Below are positions 26,625 to 36,319 of a DNA stretch of 64,000 nucleotides, piece after piece. The DNA is from an uncultured Bacteroidales bacterium (lineage in GTDB: Bacteria; Bacteroidota; Bacteroidia; Bacteroidales; JAUNSR01), in the NCBI GenBank assembly GCA_947074105.1, contig CAMTON010000006.1, forward strand, positions 3,445 through 67,444, read 5' to 3'. The position numbers were made by a program, and so were the translations under genes. Position 1 is the first letter of the stretch. Every line of letters begins with the position of its first letter. The notes under the pieces were generated by a model. The model was not told the DNA's origin, did not search any database, and worked only from the letters and a program-made list of their open reading frames with translations.

Positions 26625-27506
26625 TTAGCCTCTGAACTTATCACGGTATAACTTAGGAGTCAAACCTGTATGTTCTTTAAAGTATTTTGTAAAAAATGAA
26701 GCATTAGGAAAGTTGAATTCATCAGCGATTTGAGCAATCGTCTGATTTGTCGAAATCAGTGCAGCACCAATATTATTTATAACATATTCATCTATACAAT
26801 CTTTTGCAGTCTGCCCTTCTATATCTTTGCACACTGATGATAAATACCTTGAAGAAATACATAGTTTATCAGCATAAAACTCAACACCTCTTTCTTGTAG
26901 ACAATTAATATTCACAAGCTCTGTGAACTCAAAAAATAATTGATCTTTTCTTGAATATGATTTTTTATTAAGTGGCTCATTTTTCTTATATAAACCCATT
27001 ATTTCATATAGAAGTGCTATAATCAGATGGTCAGAGATTTCTTTTCTATACGGATGTACGTGTCTTGCATCACAATTCTTCATATTAAGATAAATCTTAA
27101 TCAGATCATCACGTTCTTTATCTGAAACTGAAATGCATCTGTTTTCCTTTATATAAAGATAAATCGACGTTGATGACGGAATATTTACATTATATACAAA
27201 TGATGAAACTAATGCAATTACATAACCATTAAAATTCCGGCTCATTTTTCTTATTTGTAAAATATCACCAGGGAAAATCACGCAAATATCGTTCTTCATC
27301 ATTTGATATTTTTTTGATCCGATAATTATATTGACATCTCCGTCCATACATATAAATAAAGAATAGACTTCTGCTTTTACAGGAAACAGGTTAGGAAATA
27401 TCATATCCTTGTCATCTCCGGATATGATAAAATCTTCATAAAAATTCCCATTATCTTCTATAGACAGTTTTTCCCGCATGAATATTTTCTCCGGTTTATA
27501 ATTCAT
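26625..27506 (-). CDS. AraC family transcriptional regulator
   Basis: C-terminal HTH pair (ADKLCISSRYLSSVCKDIEGQT...IADEFNFPNASFFTKYFKEHTGLTPKLYR). Confidence 0.9.
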   Translation of the reverse strand: MNYKPEKIFMREKLSIEDNGNFYEDFIISGDDKDMIFPNLFPVKAEVYSLFICMDGDVNIIIGSKKYQMMKNDICVIFPGDILQIRKMSRNFNGYVIALVSSFVYNVNIPSSTSIYLYIKENRCISVSDKERDDLIKIYLNMKNCDARHVHPYRKEISDHLIIALLYEIMGLYKKNEPLNKKSYSRKDQLFFEFTELVNINCLQERGVEFYADKLCISSRYLSSVCKDIEGQTAKDCIDEYVINNIGAALISTNQTIAQIADEFNFPNASFFTKYFKEHTGLTPKLYRDKFRG

Positions 27507-27763
27507 TTTGCAAACTTATTTATTCCTATATTAAACATTAAGTCATCTATTTCAACGATAATAAACAGATGATATTCCGAAATAGATCATTTTTGTATAA
27601 AAATAGATAACATTCTGTTATTTATAATCATATACTTTTGTATTTGAATAATCGAATAAGATATTTTATAAAATCCTTTCGAAAAATGAATTTGCTGATA
27701 CAAATATTTAATCTCTCTTATTCGGTTAGTCAGAAGAGTAAACACAAATTAATAAATGAAATT

Positions 27764-28378
27764 ATGAAGGATGTGAAAATAAAACAGCTTGAAAAGAAAG
27801 ATTTCGATAAAGCAAGGAAATTTGCTATTGAAGGAATGCATCTGTCTCGTTATACAACAAATAATATTGAATTATATCTTTACAGCAAATATTTCTGGTA
27901 TATGGAAATATCCAAAGCGACAAAAGCATTAGGTGCTTATATCAACGATGACTTAGTAGGTGTATTACTGGCCAGAATCAATAATGAACCTATAGTATTT
28001 TCATCCGTATTGTACAGAACATGTGTAAAAATTGTATCGTATATTATAAATATCTGTTATAAAGATATCGCAGGAAAGTATGATGATGCCAACATTGATA
28101 TGTTAGAGAAATTCAAAAGGCAGAATAATCCGGATGGAGAAATTCTTTTTTTTGCGGTTGCTCCTGATATTAAAGGTAAAGGTATAGGAACTTTTTTATT
28201 GAATGAGTTAAACGTATTGGAGAAAGGTAAACATTTATATCTATATACAGACTCCGGCTCAACATATCAATTCTATTCTCACCGTGGCTTTAATAAAGAA
28301 GAAGAAAGAAATATAGAATATATAGTAAATAAAAAGTCTATTCCTCTCACTTGTTTCCTGTACAGTAAGAAGTTATAA
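27764..28378 (+). CDS. GNAT family N-acetyltransferase
   Basis: Acetyl-CoA motif region FFAVAPDIKGKGIGTFLLNEL. ATG 27764 (MKDVKIKQLEKKDF) is preferred over the track start 27638. Confidence 0.7.
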   Translation: MKDVKIKQLEKKDFDKARKFAIEGMHLSRYTTNNIELYLYSKYFWYMEISKATKALGAYINDDLVGVLLARINNEPIVFSSVLYRTCVKIVSYIINICYKDIAGKYDDANIDMLEKFKRQNNPDGEILFFAVAPDIKGKGIGTFLLNELNVLEKGKHLYLYTDSGSTYQFYSHRGFNKEEERNIEYIVNKKSIPLTCFLYSKKL

Positions 28379-28408
28379 GAAAATTGTTGAGTATCATAGT
28401 TTATGTTC

Positions 28409-29581
28409 TCAGCAATATTCTACAATCGTTTTATTTATCTTAATAGCACATATAAGACTCAGCACTGAACCGGCGATAAAAGCAAAGCCGGTAGGTATCA
28501 GTATGTTTCCCAGTCCTACGAGCGGAGAAATAACACCTCCTGCCATAAACAACACAGCCCCGAGCACTGCAGAAGAACTTCCTGCATTATTGCGCTCGCT
28601 GTCCATTGCCAGAGTGGTTGACAACGGTATGGTAAGTCCCATCATAAACAATATGATAAATACCAGAATCTCATAGAGCCAGAATGGAGCAGCGCTGTAA
28701 AGCACTATAAATTCGGCAACAGAGAAAATAACCATTCCGGAACTACCAAATAAAATACCTTTTTCAGGACTCTTAAATTTCAAGCTTATTATGGCGGCTA
28801 TTAAGAGAGCCATAGCATTGACCGCGAAAATTATACTGAAGAAAAGTGCCGAATAACCGTAAATCTGCTGAATAATGAAAGGTGATGATGCAATGTTTGC
28901 AAACAAAACTGTCATAGCCAGAGCCTGTTGCGATATACACAAACGATAACGCCTGTTTCTAAGTACGACAGCAAAGAGTCTGAATGTTGAAAGAAGCTTT
29001 TCTTTAGTTCGTTTCTCCGGAGGCAATGACTCATTAAATTTTGCGCAACCGAAAAGAAGAATGATTCCAAGCACGAGCAAAACAACGAATACTCCTCTCC
29101 AGTCAACATAATTCATAACGATACCTCCTATAACCGGAGCTGAAATCGGTGCTATCCCATTTATAGCGCTGACAATGGCAAGAGTCTTAGCCAGTTCTTT
29201 TCCGGTGAAAATGTCTGTTGCAATACATCTTGACATAACGATTCCGCCTGCTCCTGCAATTCCCTGAATAAATCTCAAAATGATAAAGGATTCTATATCC
29301 GGAGAAAATATGCATAAGACAGTAGATATTATGAATAATAACATTGCTATGATCAACGGTCGTTTTCGTCCGTATTTATCACTGAAAGCTCCGAATATCA
29401 ATTGCCCGGCTGCCATTCCGATCATACTTGCCGTAAGTCCCGTCTGGACCATCGATGTAGTGGTATTAAAGAATCCTGTCATTGAAGGAAGTCCGGGAAG
29501 ATACATATCAGTGATAAACGGTCCGAATGCAGATAATGCTCCAAGTAATATCAATAAGAATATTTTATAATTTCCTGTCAT
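28409..29581 (-). CDS. MFS transporter, Bcr/CflA drug-resistance subfamily
   Basis: 390 aa, 12 TM segments. N-terminal FGPFITDMYLPGLPSM and GAFSDKYGRKRP motif A. Confidence 0.85.
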   Translation of the reverse strand: MTGNYKIFLLILLGALSAFGPFITDMYLPGLPSMTGFFNTTTSMVQTGLTASMIGMAAGQLIFGAFSDKYGRKRPLIIAMLLFIISTVLCIFSPDIESFIILRFIQGIAGAGGIVMSRCIATDIFTGKELAKTLAIVSAINGIAPISAPVIGGIVMNYVDWRGVFVVLLVLGIILLFGCAKFNESLPPEKRTKEKLLSTFRLFAVVLRNRRYRLCISQQALAMTVLFANIASSPFIIQQIYGYSALFFSIIFAVNAMALLIAAIISLKFKSPEKGILFGSSGMVIFSVAEFIVLYSAAPFWLYEILVFIILFMMGLTIPLSTTLAMDSERNNAGSSSAVLGAVLFMAGGVISPLVGLGNILIPTGFAFIAGSVLSLICAIKINKTIVEYC

Positions 29582-29601
29582 GGTAATTTTCGATTTATAA
29601 T

Positions 29602-29640
29602 AAAAAAAGCAGGCATAGATCCACCTGGATTTATGCCTGC
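29602..29640 (-). terminator. rho-independent terminator
   Basis: GCAGGCATA / TATGCCTGC stem. On the minus strand it is followed by TTTTTTT. Downstream of the thioredoxin-like gene. Confidence 0.7.
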
Positions 29641-29749
29641 TGCTACTCGGTTATATAATATAAAGATAGAAAATCTGACTGAAACTCAAAAGTTTATTTG
29701 TATTAATGTTTTGATCTGATTTTTTTCCTTTATCAAAAATACTAAAATA

Positions 29750-30571
29750 TTAAAGTATTAAATTTCTCAACCATAACTCAAGCTGAACAAAAGAACAATC
29801 TTTCATAATCACCTTTTTATTATTGTCAAGCAGATAAATTGATGGTACCGCTTCAAGAATATAAAGTCCTGATTCTTCTATATATTTCCGGCTGTCCCAT
29901 CCGTGAAGCCATTCAGGTTTATCAAAAGTAAAACTTAACCATTTATCATATTCTTCTTCAAGATAAACTGCAAAAAGCTTCAATTTGTCTTTATTTATCA
30001 ATTCCGTCAATATTTTGCTGTTATGTAGCGAAGCTGTTATTCCGTAACATGATTCACAATCAGGATTATAGAAAAACAATACTGTATAATCGGCCTCTAC
30101 CTCATGTAAAAAGAAAGGATCTCCTTCAGGTGTCTTTGTTTCAAAATCATTTGCAGTTCTTCCGGCAGAATTAAGCCGGAGAATTCCGAGTTTTCGACTA
30201 TAGTTTTCCTTATCGGTTTCTTCAACTGCCGTTGAACTTATAACAGATTCATAAATACATTCCGCAATATAGTTGTTTCTATAAGGAGAGTTCGGATAAT
30301 TATAAATCAAATCAAGCATCCCTGCTATTATTCCGAATGTCTCCCTATCTGCCTCAGCTCGGGAGAAAAGATTAATCACCGACATTTTCTGTGTTGCACT
30401 GTCGCTTCGTGCCATTAATGGCAGATAGGATCTGAGCATATTTCTGAATTCGGGGTTTTCTTTCGGATTTCCGTAAAACTGAAACGTTCTCCAGTAATCA
30501 GATACATTATCTTCGGCATTTGATACGGAAAAAGCAATCAAACAAATAAATATCAGGATGATTCTTCGCAT
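29750..30571 (-). CDS. TlpA-like thiol-disulfide oxidoreductase (thioredoxin fold)
   Basis: Signal peptide. CxxC motif in YTVLFFYNPDCESC. Confidence 0.75.
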   Translation of the reverse strand: MRRIILIFICLIAFSVSNAEDNVSDYWRTFQFYGNPKENPEFRNMLRSYLPLMARSDSATQKMSVINLFSRAEADRETFGIIAGMLDLIYNYPNSPYRNNYIAECIYESVISSTAVEETDKENYSRKLGILRLNSAGRTANDFETKTPEGDPFFLHEVEADYTVLFFYNPDCESCYGITASLHNSKILTELINKDKLKLFAVYLEEEYDKWLSFTFDKPEWLHGWDSRKYIEESGLYILEAVPSIYLLDNNKKVIMKDCSFVQLELWLRNLIL

Positions 30572-30580
30572 AACAGATGA

Positions 30581-31654
30581 TTACTTAACAATCAGTTTTT
30601 TTGTTTCTTTAGGTTTTCCTTCAGCCTCGATATTGCATATATAAACACCGGCTGAAAGATCGCTTATATCTATTTTATTTTCAGAAAATGTGAAAGAAGC
30701 ATCTTTAACAAGCGATCCCGACAAATTATAGACTTTTATAACTCCTTTTCCTGAATCAAATCCACTTATAAGTATATATGATGTCGCAGGATTAGGGTAA
30801 ACTGAAAGTTTTACTGAATCTGTATTCTTTAATGCTGTAATAGTATTATTTGTTTTTCTTATACATCGGATATTCTGTCCCTCGCTGTAATGATTTCCGG
30901 CAATAAACATAAGCGAACTGTTATATTCCATATTATCAGAACTGTAATCTCCTTTATCAGATGGCTGATCTCTGTTTGTGATCACCATAGACATACGGGC
31001 ATTGCCTTCTCCTGCACGCATATGCTCCTTACACCAGATTCGGGCTGTTTCGTACATCTGAATATATTCTACTGTCTGAAAATTTTTGCCGTCATAACGA
31101 TTTCTGAAACCTGTCGGCAAAACATTAAACTCAAACTCATCGGTCCCTTCCAGATTATGTGCCCATGTTGTTTTAGATTTCAACTTTGTTCCTATTTCAG
31201 GAAATGATTTAAATTTTGGTAAATCACCGCTGCTGTTTCTGTAATCAACGTCTGCATACTCCGTTCCCATAATGAAATCAGCAAGTTCAAGAAAATCTTT
31301 ATATGATGGCACTTCCCATCCTGCAGGACATATCATTCTTTCATCTTCAGTTACATTAAAGTTATACAGAAGACCGTAGATCTCAGTATTGGCAGAATTA
31401 TTCTCCATATGCATCATTCTGCCGACATATTGTTCATAATCTACTATTGATCCGGAATTATTATCATCAAGATTACCGTCAAGAATCTCATCACCATTAT
31501 TATAATGTGTCACCTTTAGATTCTCAATCATCCATTCAGTATTATTATATACTTTGGTTTTATAAGTATTATTATCTATATCTGTCACACTTCCTGTTTG
31601 TGCGGATATACTTAATGTACATCCCAATGCGAATAGGGTAAATAGTTGTTTCAT
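30581..31654 (-). CDS. FISUMP-domain (Fibrobacter succinogenes major paralogous domain) protein with T9SS CTD
   Basis: VTDIDNNTYKTKVYNNTEWMIENLKV start of the FISUMP domain. C-terminus LSVYPNPATSYILISG...LSAGVYICNIEAEGKPKETKKLIVK. ATG 31654 gives the signal peptide MKQLFTLFALGCTLSISAQ. Confidence 0.75.
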   Translation of the reverse strand: MKQLFTLFALGCTLSISAQTGSVTDIDNNTYKTKVYNNTEWMIENLKVTHYNNGDEILDGNLDDNNSGSIVDYEQYVGRMMHMENNSANTEIYGLLYNFNVTEDERMICPAGWEVPSYKDFLELADFIMGTEYADVDYRNSSGDLPKFKSFPEIGTKLKSKTTWAHNLEGTDEFEFNVLPTGFRNRYDGKNFQTVEYIQMYETARIWCKEHMRAGEGNARMSMVITNRDQPSDKGDYSSDNMEYNSSLMFIAGNHYSEGQNIRCIRKTNNTITALKNTDSVKLSVYPNPATSYILISGFDSGKGVIKVYNLSGSLVKDASFTFSENKIDISDLSAGVYICNIEAEGKPKETKKLIVK

Positions 31655-32316
31655 GTTTTTGTTGTTTATCGTTTTTAAACGGAGTAATATATTTTCTCCG
31701 GAGTTATAAATATTATGCATCGACATTCTGTCTTATATTATTAATTGATATAGACTTTCATCTTCTTAAAGTACCGTGATTATGTTGCGTTATTTTTTTG
31801 CGGATAACGCATAACAAAAAAATATTTCCAAAACACCAGACGATTAGCACTTATCCAATTAACAGTAATCTATAGAACTATTTAATTATTATAATTCAAA
31901 GACTATACCAAAACAATAATTTGTTAATACCCAATACTATAACAAAAAACATAATAGTTAAAATATAACTTCAACGTATTATATGAATATAAATCCTACA
32001 TTAATGTAAGTTTTATATTCATATCCCACCAAAACATATAAACTTGTCGGTTTCTGCTTCCCGTTCGTTCTGACACGAGCGAAGACACATTAAATGAAGT
32101 ATATAAAATCCTACAAAAAAGTATTGTTTTTGATTTTCTGTTACCTCTTTGTATATATAAATACCGTCCACTATTACCACTAAACATCGAATTATCAAAG
32201 ACTTAAAGCAATACTCTATTTATGGAACGTTATTTGAACAAAGGATAACGAAAGGCTTACCGAAATAAGTTGTTCATAATAAATCATATAGTCAGTTACA
32301 GATAAACCGTAAAGTG

Positions 32317-33006
32317 ATGATATCAATTATAAAAGATAAAATACAGTGTTTAATTTTTATTTTCTTCCTTATCGGTTGTGCTCCTATATCCGATCCTAAT
32401 CTTTTTTTTACAGAACAGATTCCATCGACAGGAATTCTTGAAACAAAACCGCAGAATTATCCCGCCGGTTTTGCCGTGGATTTCGAAACCGATTCTATTG
32501 TTTCTCTTGACGAATATCCTGATTTCGAATATGACTTAAAAATGCTGGCCTGGCGTATAATGGATGAGAAAACAGGAGCCTATGGAGGACGTCCGGTTAT
32601 TTTTTTATGGGGTGACCAATCTACTCAGAGAAATGCCAAAGCATTGAATGTATCAGAATATGCCGGCATAGGTCTTGGTGCGGAAGGATTTGTGGAATTC
32701 AGAGAAGTCACGCTTGCTATGCAGAGCGCGTTACAGGCAGACGGAGTATTCCCTATAAATCCGGATAACGAAGAACAGTATCCATGGAAAGACGGCTACA
32801 TACTTATTGAAGAAGAAGAACTAACTGACGCTTATTCAGTGCTTGTAATAGGAGATAAAGGAGTCCGTCTGCCGGAGAAAAGTTCACCGGTATGGTTGAT
32901 ATGTACTGCTGATGGCAATCTGTTCAAATGGCAGCACATCGAACGTCAGGGAGGCGGACATGTACCGATCAGATGGTATCGGTTTAAAGGTTATGAGATA
33001 AACTGA
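32317..33006 (+). CDS. lipoprotein, tentatively HmuY-like hemophore fold
   Basis: Lipobox FFLIGC. Immediately upstream (17 nt) of a TonB-dependent receptor. Loose resemblance to HmuY blocks (YDLKMLAWRI; C-terminal ADGNLFKWQHIE...VPIRWYRF). Tentative. Confidence 0.45.
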   Translation: MISIIKDKIQCLIFIFFLIGCAPISDPNLFFTEQIPSTGILETKPQNYPAGFAVDFETDSIVSLDEYPDFEYDLKMLAWRIMDEKTGAYGGRPVIFLWGDQSTQRNAKALNVSEYAGIGLGAEGFVEFREVTLAMQSALQADGVFPINPDNEEQYPWKDGYILIEEEELTDAYSVLVIGDKGVRLPEKSSPVWLICTADGNLFKWQHIERQGGGHVPIRWYRFKGYEIN

Positions 33007-33023
33007 ACAAAATATTATTCATA

Positions 33024-35057
33024 ATGAGATTTATAACTATCATATTATTAATTTTCTTTTCGGCAGCCGAAACTTTTTGTATATCATTATCCGCTGATCA
33101 TAATGAGCCCGATTCAATTATCCGGCGTAATCTTAGTGAGGTTACAGTTTCTGGCTCGCGATCTGAATCGCTTATTATGATCAATGCAGTCACTATGAGA
33201 GCTTCGGAAATAGAAGAGGTCAATACAGAAAATTTCATTAATGTGGTAGAACAGCTACCGGGAATAATGAAAATTCACGAAGCAACTTTTCCTTTAATAA
33301 TAAGAGGAATGTACGGCAGCCGTATCCATGTGGAAAAAAACGGAATTATAAAGACCGGAATAAGCCAGACAGGATATTCTCTTGAGGATATCAATCCTTC
33401 TGATGTATCAGAAGTAAGTCTTATACATGGCAGCCGTAACATAATTTTCGGTAGTGGCAGTATCGGAGGAGTTCTACTTATAAATGAAAAAGTTGATTTC
33501 AGTAAAAAAGGATTCAATGCACGGCTAAAAACTTCTTTCGCAACAAATAATAATGAGAATTCTTATAATCTGCGTCTCGGATATACCGGCGCAAAAGATC
33601 TTATCAATATAACGGGCCGATACACAAAAGCTTCAGATCTTCATTATTCTCATAAAGAAAAAGCTGAAAATTCTTCTTATGAATATAAGAATCTGTCTTC
33701 AAAATATGTACGTCTGTTTCCCGCACTAAATATGACACTCAGCTGGGACAATGCCTATTATAGTGGTAAGCGTGATAAACCGCTCGGGTTTCAGAATAAT
33801 CCGTATGATTTCCGCTCCTTCAATGACAGATATAATTTTGAATCTTCCCTTAAGTTAAAAGTTAACGGAACAACTTCCATTTTCAATGGGAATGTCTGGT
33901 ATAATACTCTTAATACGGATCAGAGCCAGGATCAGTATAATGCAGGCACAAAGAAACTTGCTTTCAGGGAGATACGGCAGTCATATAAAAACAGTGCCGG
34001 CGCAAGGGCTGATATGACATTCAATTTCATAAAAAACTGGACACTACAATCTGGATGTGATATTTTTTATGATGATCTGCGTCAGGATAAAGAATATGAG
34101 GATATCATTCGTGATACACGGAGTTTCTATAAAGATTTCTCCGGTCAGCGTCAGAATATTTATGGCTTGTTTCTTTTTTCCGAATACGAGAGCCAAAAGC
34201 ATAAAATAGGAATAAGTCTCAGGGGCGACATAGGCAGGATACATAAGGATAGTATAACATCCGATCTTTATAAAAATATTACAGGAGGAATAGACTGGGA
34301 TTATACGATAAGAAAATATCTTATCAGCCGCTTCAGCGTGAGCCGTCATTTCCGTTTTCCCATACCTATGGAAGCTGTTGGTGTTTTCTACGGAGGACGT
34401 GGTACTTTTGTCGGAAATCCGGACATTAATCCCGAGACATCTTATAATATAGAATACAAACTCTCCTATTCAGGTCGCTGCCTGCTGATGACAGCTAACT
34501 TCTGGACTTCCTTATTTTTTGACCGCATCAATGAGCAGGAAATCTTCACCAATAAATATACTTATATCAATATTGACAAGGCGCGACTTTACGGCTTCGA
34601 AGGTTCGCTTAATCTTTTTTGCGGCAAAGTGCGAACCACGGGAAAAGCCGATCTTCTTATAACGGCTCATTATGCTTATGGTGACGATGTAAGTGAAAAA
34701 GGTTTTTTCTCTAAAGGAACATATCTGGAGGGAATTCCTCCCGGGCGAATAAGTTCCCGCCTGAAATATACAATACGCGTCAAAGGGATTGAAACGTATG
34801 CTTCAGGGCGCTTCAGCTACATAGCATCTTATGACAGGCTTCCTGAAGAAGCGGTTACCAATACATGGGGACAAAATGCAAGAAACGCTTATCCATTTTG
34901 GGATGCCGGCGCGGGAATAAAGTTCTGTACTCTTTTTAACGGAATAAATCTTGATTTCACTGTCAATAATATGCTTGACAGAAGCTATCAGCCTTATGGC
35001 GGCTATCTGAAAGGTATGGGACGCAACTTTAAAACAACATTATCTTTTAATTTCTAA
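33024..35057 (+). CDS. TonB-dependent receptor
   Basis: 677 aa with a signal sequence, a plug (LSEVTVSGSR...IIRGMYGSRIHVEKNGI) and a barrel ending NFKTTLSFNF. Confidence 0.85.
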   Translation: MRFITIILLIFFSAAETFCISLSADHNEPDSIIRRNLSEVTVSGSRSESLIMINAVTMRASEIEEVNTENFINVVEQLPGIMKIHEATFPLIIRGMYGSRIHVEKNGIIKTGISQTGYSLEDINPSDVSEVSLIHGSRNIIFGSGSIGGVLLINEKVDFSKKGFNARLKTSFATNNNENSYNLRLGYTGAKDLINITGRYTKASDLHYSHKEKAENSSYEYKNLSSKYVRLFPALNMTLSWDNAYYSGKRDKPLGFQNNPYDFRSFNDRYNFESSLKLKVNGTTSIFNGNVWYNTLNTDQSQDQYNAGTKKLAFREIRQSYKNSAGARADMTFNFIKNWTLQSGCDIFYDDLRQDKEYEDIIRDTRSFYKDFSGQRQNIYGLFLFSEYESQKHKIGISLRGDIGRIHKDSITSDLYKNITGGIDWDYTIRKYLISRFSVSRHFRFPIPMEAVGVFYGGRGTFVGNPDINPETSYNIEYKLSYSGRCLLMTANFWTSLFFDRINEQEIFTNKYTYINIDKARLYGFEGSLNLFCGKVRTTGKADLLITAHYAYGDDVSEKGFFSKGTYLEGIPPGRISSRLKYTIRVKGIETYASGRFSYIASYDRLPEEAVTNTWGQNARNAYPFWDAGAGIKFCTLFNGINLDFTVNNMLDRSYQPYGGYLKGMGRNFKTTLSFNF

Positions 35058-35068
35058 ACGTAACAGAC

Positions 35069-36319
35069 ATGGAACAGATAACTTCTGAAAGTAATCTAAA
35101 AGAGATGATTGAAACATATACCCCGACTTACAGGGTGTTACTTATGAACGGAATAAAAGTGAATCCTTTTAATATAGAAATCGATATGAAAGTAGGGGAT
35201 GTCACTGCCGGACACAATAATGAACAGATGGTTTATGAGCATCTCAACAAAGTGAAAGATATGCAGGATAATAAGACCGACAAACTTGACTTTGTTAAAC
35301 GAAACATTATCAAGCCTGACAAAATCAACATTTCAGGGTTTACGGATTTTATCTGGCATGATCAGTTTATGGAAGAGATCCACAGTTTCTGCGAAGAAAG
35401 TAAAATAGATATCAATCCTTTGTTTTTTTCCAAATATGATAAAAAGAGCCTTCAGCTGTATCTGTGTAAATGCCGTAATGAAGAAGAATTGCCTGATATA
35501 CTTATCGGAAAAGGATTCAGCACACTTATGTCTCGTCATTTTACCGATCGCTTCATAAAGACAGGAGTATTCGACCGTAAACTTGATGTAAATATAAAAG
35601 ATCTGTGGTATGAGGCGGGAATAAAGGATCCGGCAGACAGATATCATGTATTCGGAGTACAGGAGGATATGATCATGCAGGACATGTCGATAAAGACAGA
35701 TGTTGCGCCACCGAAAAGATGGAGCGATTTACAGAAACCTGAATATTATAATACGGTAACACAGATGGGAAAACCACAGAGAGACCACTTCGGATTTAAT
35801 ACTATGTTTTATCTGTATAAGGAGTTCGGAGAAAAAGGGATTCGCGATTACGCCAATTCGGTGAAATATAAATGGCACTTCTCACGGATAGTAAAAGATC
35901 TTGGAAAGGAAAGCCCATCGTCCTCTCCATATAATGTGGTACATAGTTTCGCAACATTATTCTTTCGCAATAATCCTGTGGCAAAAGTTCTGAGGCCTAC
36001 AGACGGCAATCCGGTAACATCGGTGTTCTGTCTCGTAAAAAAGAATGCACCGGAAGGTGCGGTAAAGATTGCCCAACATCTTTTCTCCGAAAAGATAGGT
36101 CGCATATTAACCTCTACAGCCGGTATAATAAGTGCTAATCCTGCACTTGCCGACAATCAGGATCTTAAGATAAGATGGATAGGATGGGATAATATAATGA
36201 ATTCCACGCTGCCCTATCTGAAAGACGATCTTAGCGAGATAGCATATAGTGTATATGACAGAAAAGAGATAAAGGATAATCACGGAAATAAAATAAATAA
36301 AAAAAATTGTCTGGTATGA
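35069..36319 (+). CDS. signal-less SBP-like protein with DUF1858/ScdA_N-like N-terminal domain; paralog of 5209-6234
   Basis: Shares alignment blocks with the 341-aa protein. The extra approx 75-aa N-terminus (NLKEMIETYTPTYRVLLMNGIKV...QMVYEHLNK) resembles DUF1858 but lacks Cys. Confidence 0.5.
   Translation: MEQITSESNLKEMIETYTPTYRVLLMNGIKVNPFNIEIDMKVGDVTAGHNNEQMVYEHLNKVKDMQDNKTDKLDFVKRNIIKPDKINISGFTDFIWHDQFMEEIHSFCEESKIDINPLFFSKYDKKSLQLYLCKCRNEEELPDILIGKGFSTLMSRHFTDRFIKTGVFDRKLDVNIKDLWYEAGIKDPADRYHVFGVQEDMIMQDMSIKTDVAPPKRWSDLQKPEYYNTVTQMGKPQRDHFGFNTMFYLYKEFGEKGIRDYANSVKYKWHFSRIVKDLGKESPSSSPYNVVHSFATLFFRNNPVAKVLRPTDGNPVTSVFCLVKKNAPEGAVKIAQHLFSEKIGRILTSTAGIISANPALADNQDLKIRWIGWDNIMNSTLPYLKDDLSEIAYSVYDRKEIKDNHGNKINKKNCLV

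Noticed and set aside
31996-32187. 63-aa minus-strand ORF in the leader of the second receptor cassette
   Set aside because: No motif, and it sits in AT-rich intergenic DNA. The only notable feature there is a short hairpin (about 32057-32086), too weak to call.
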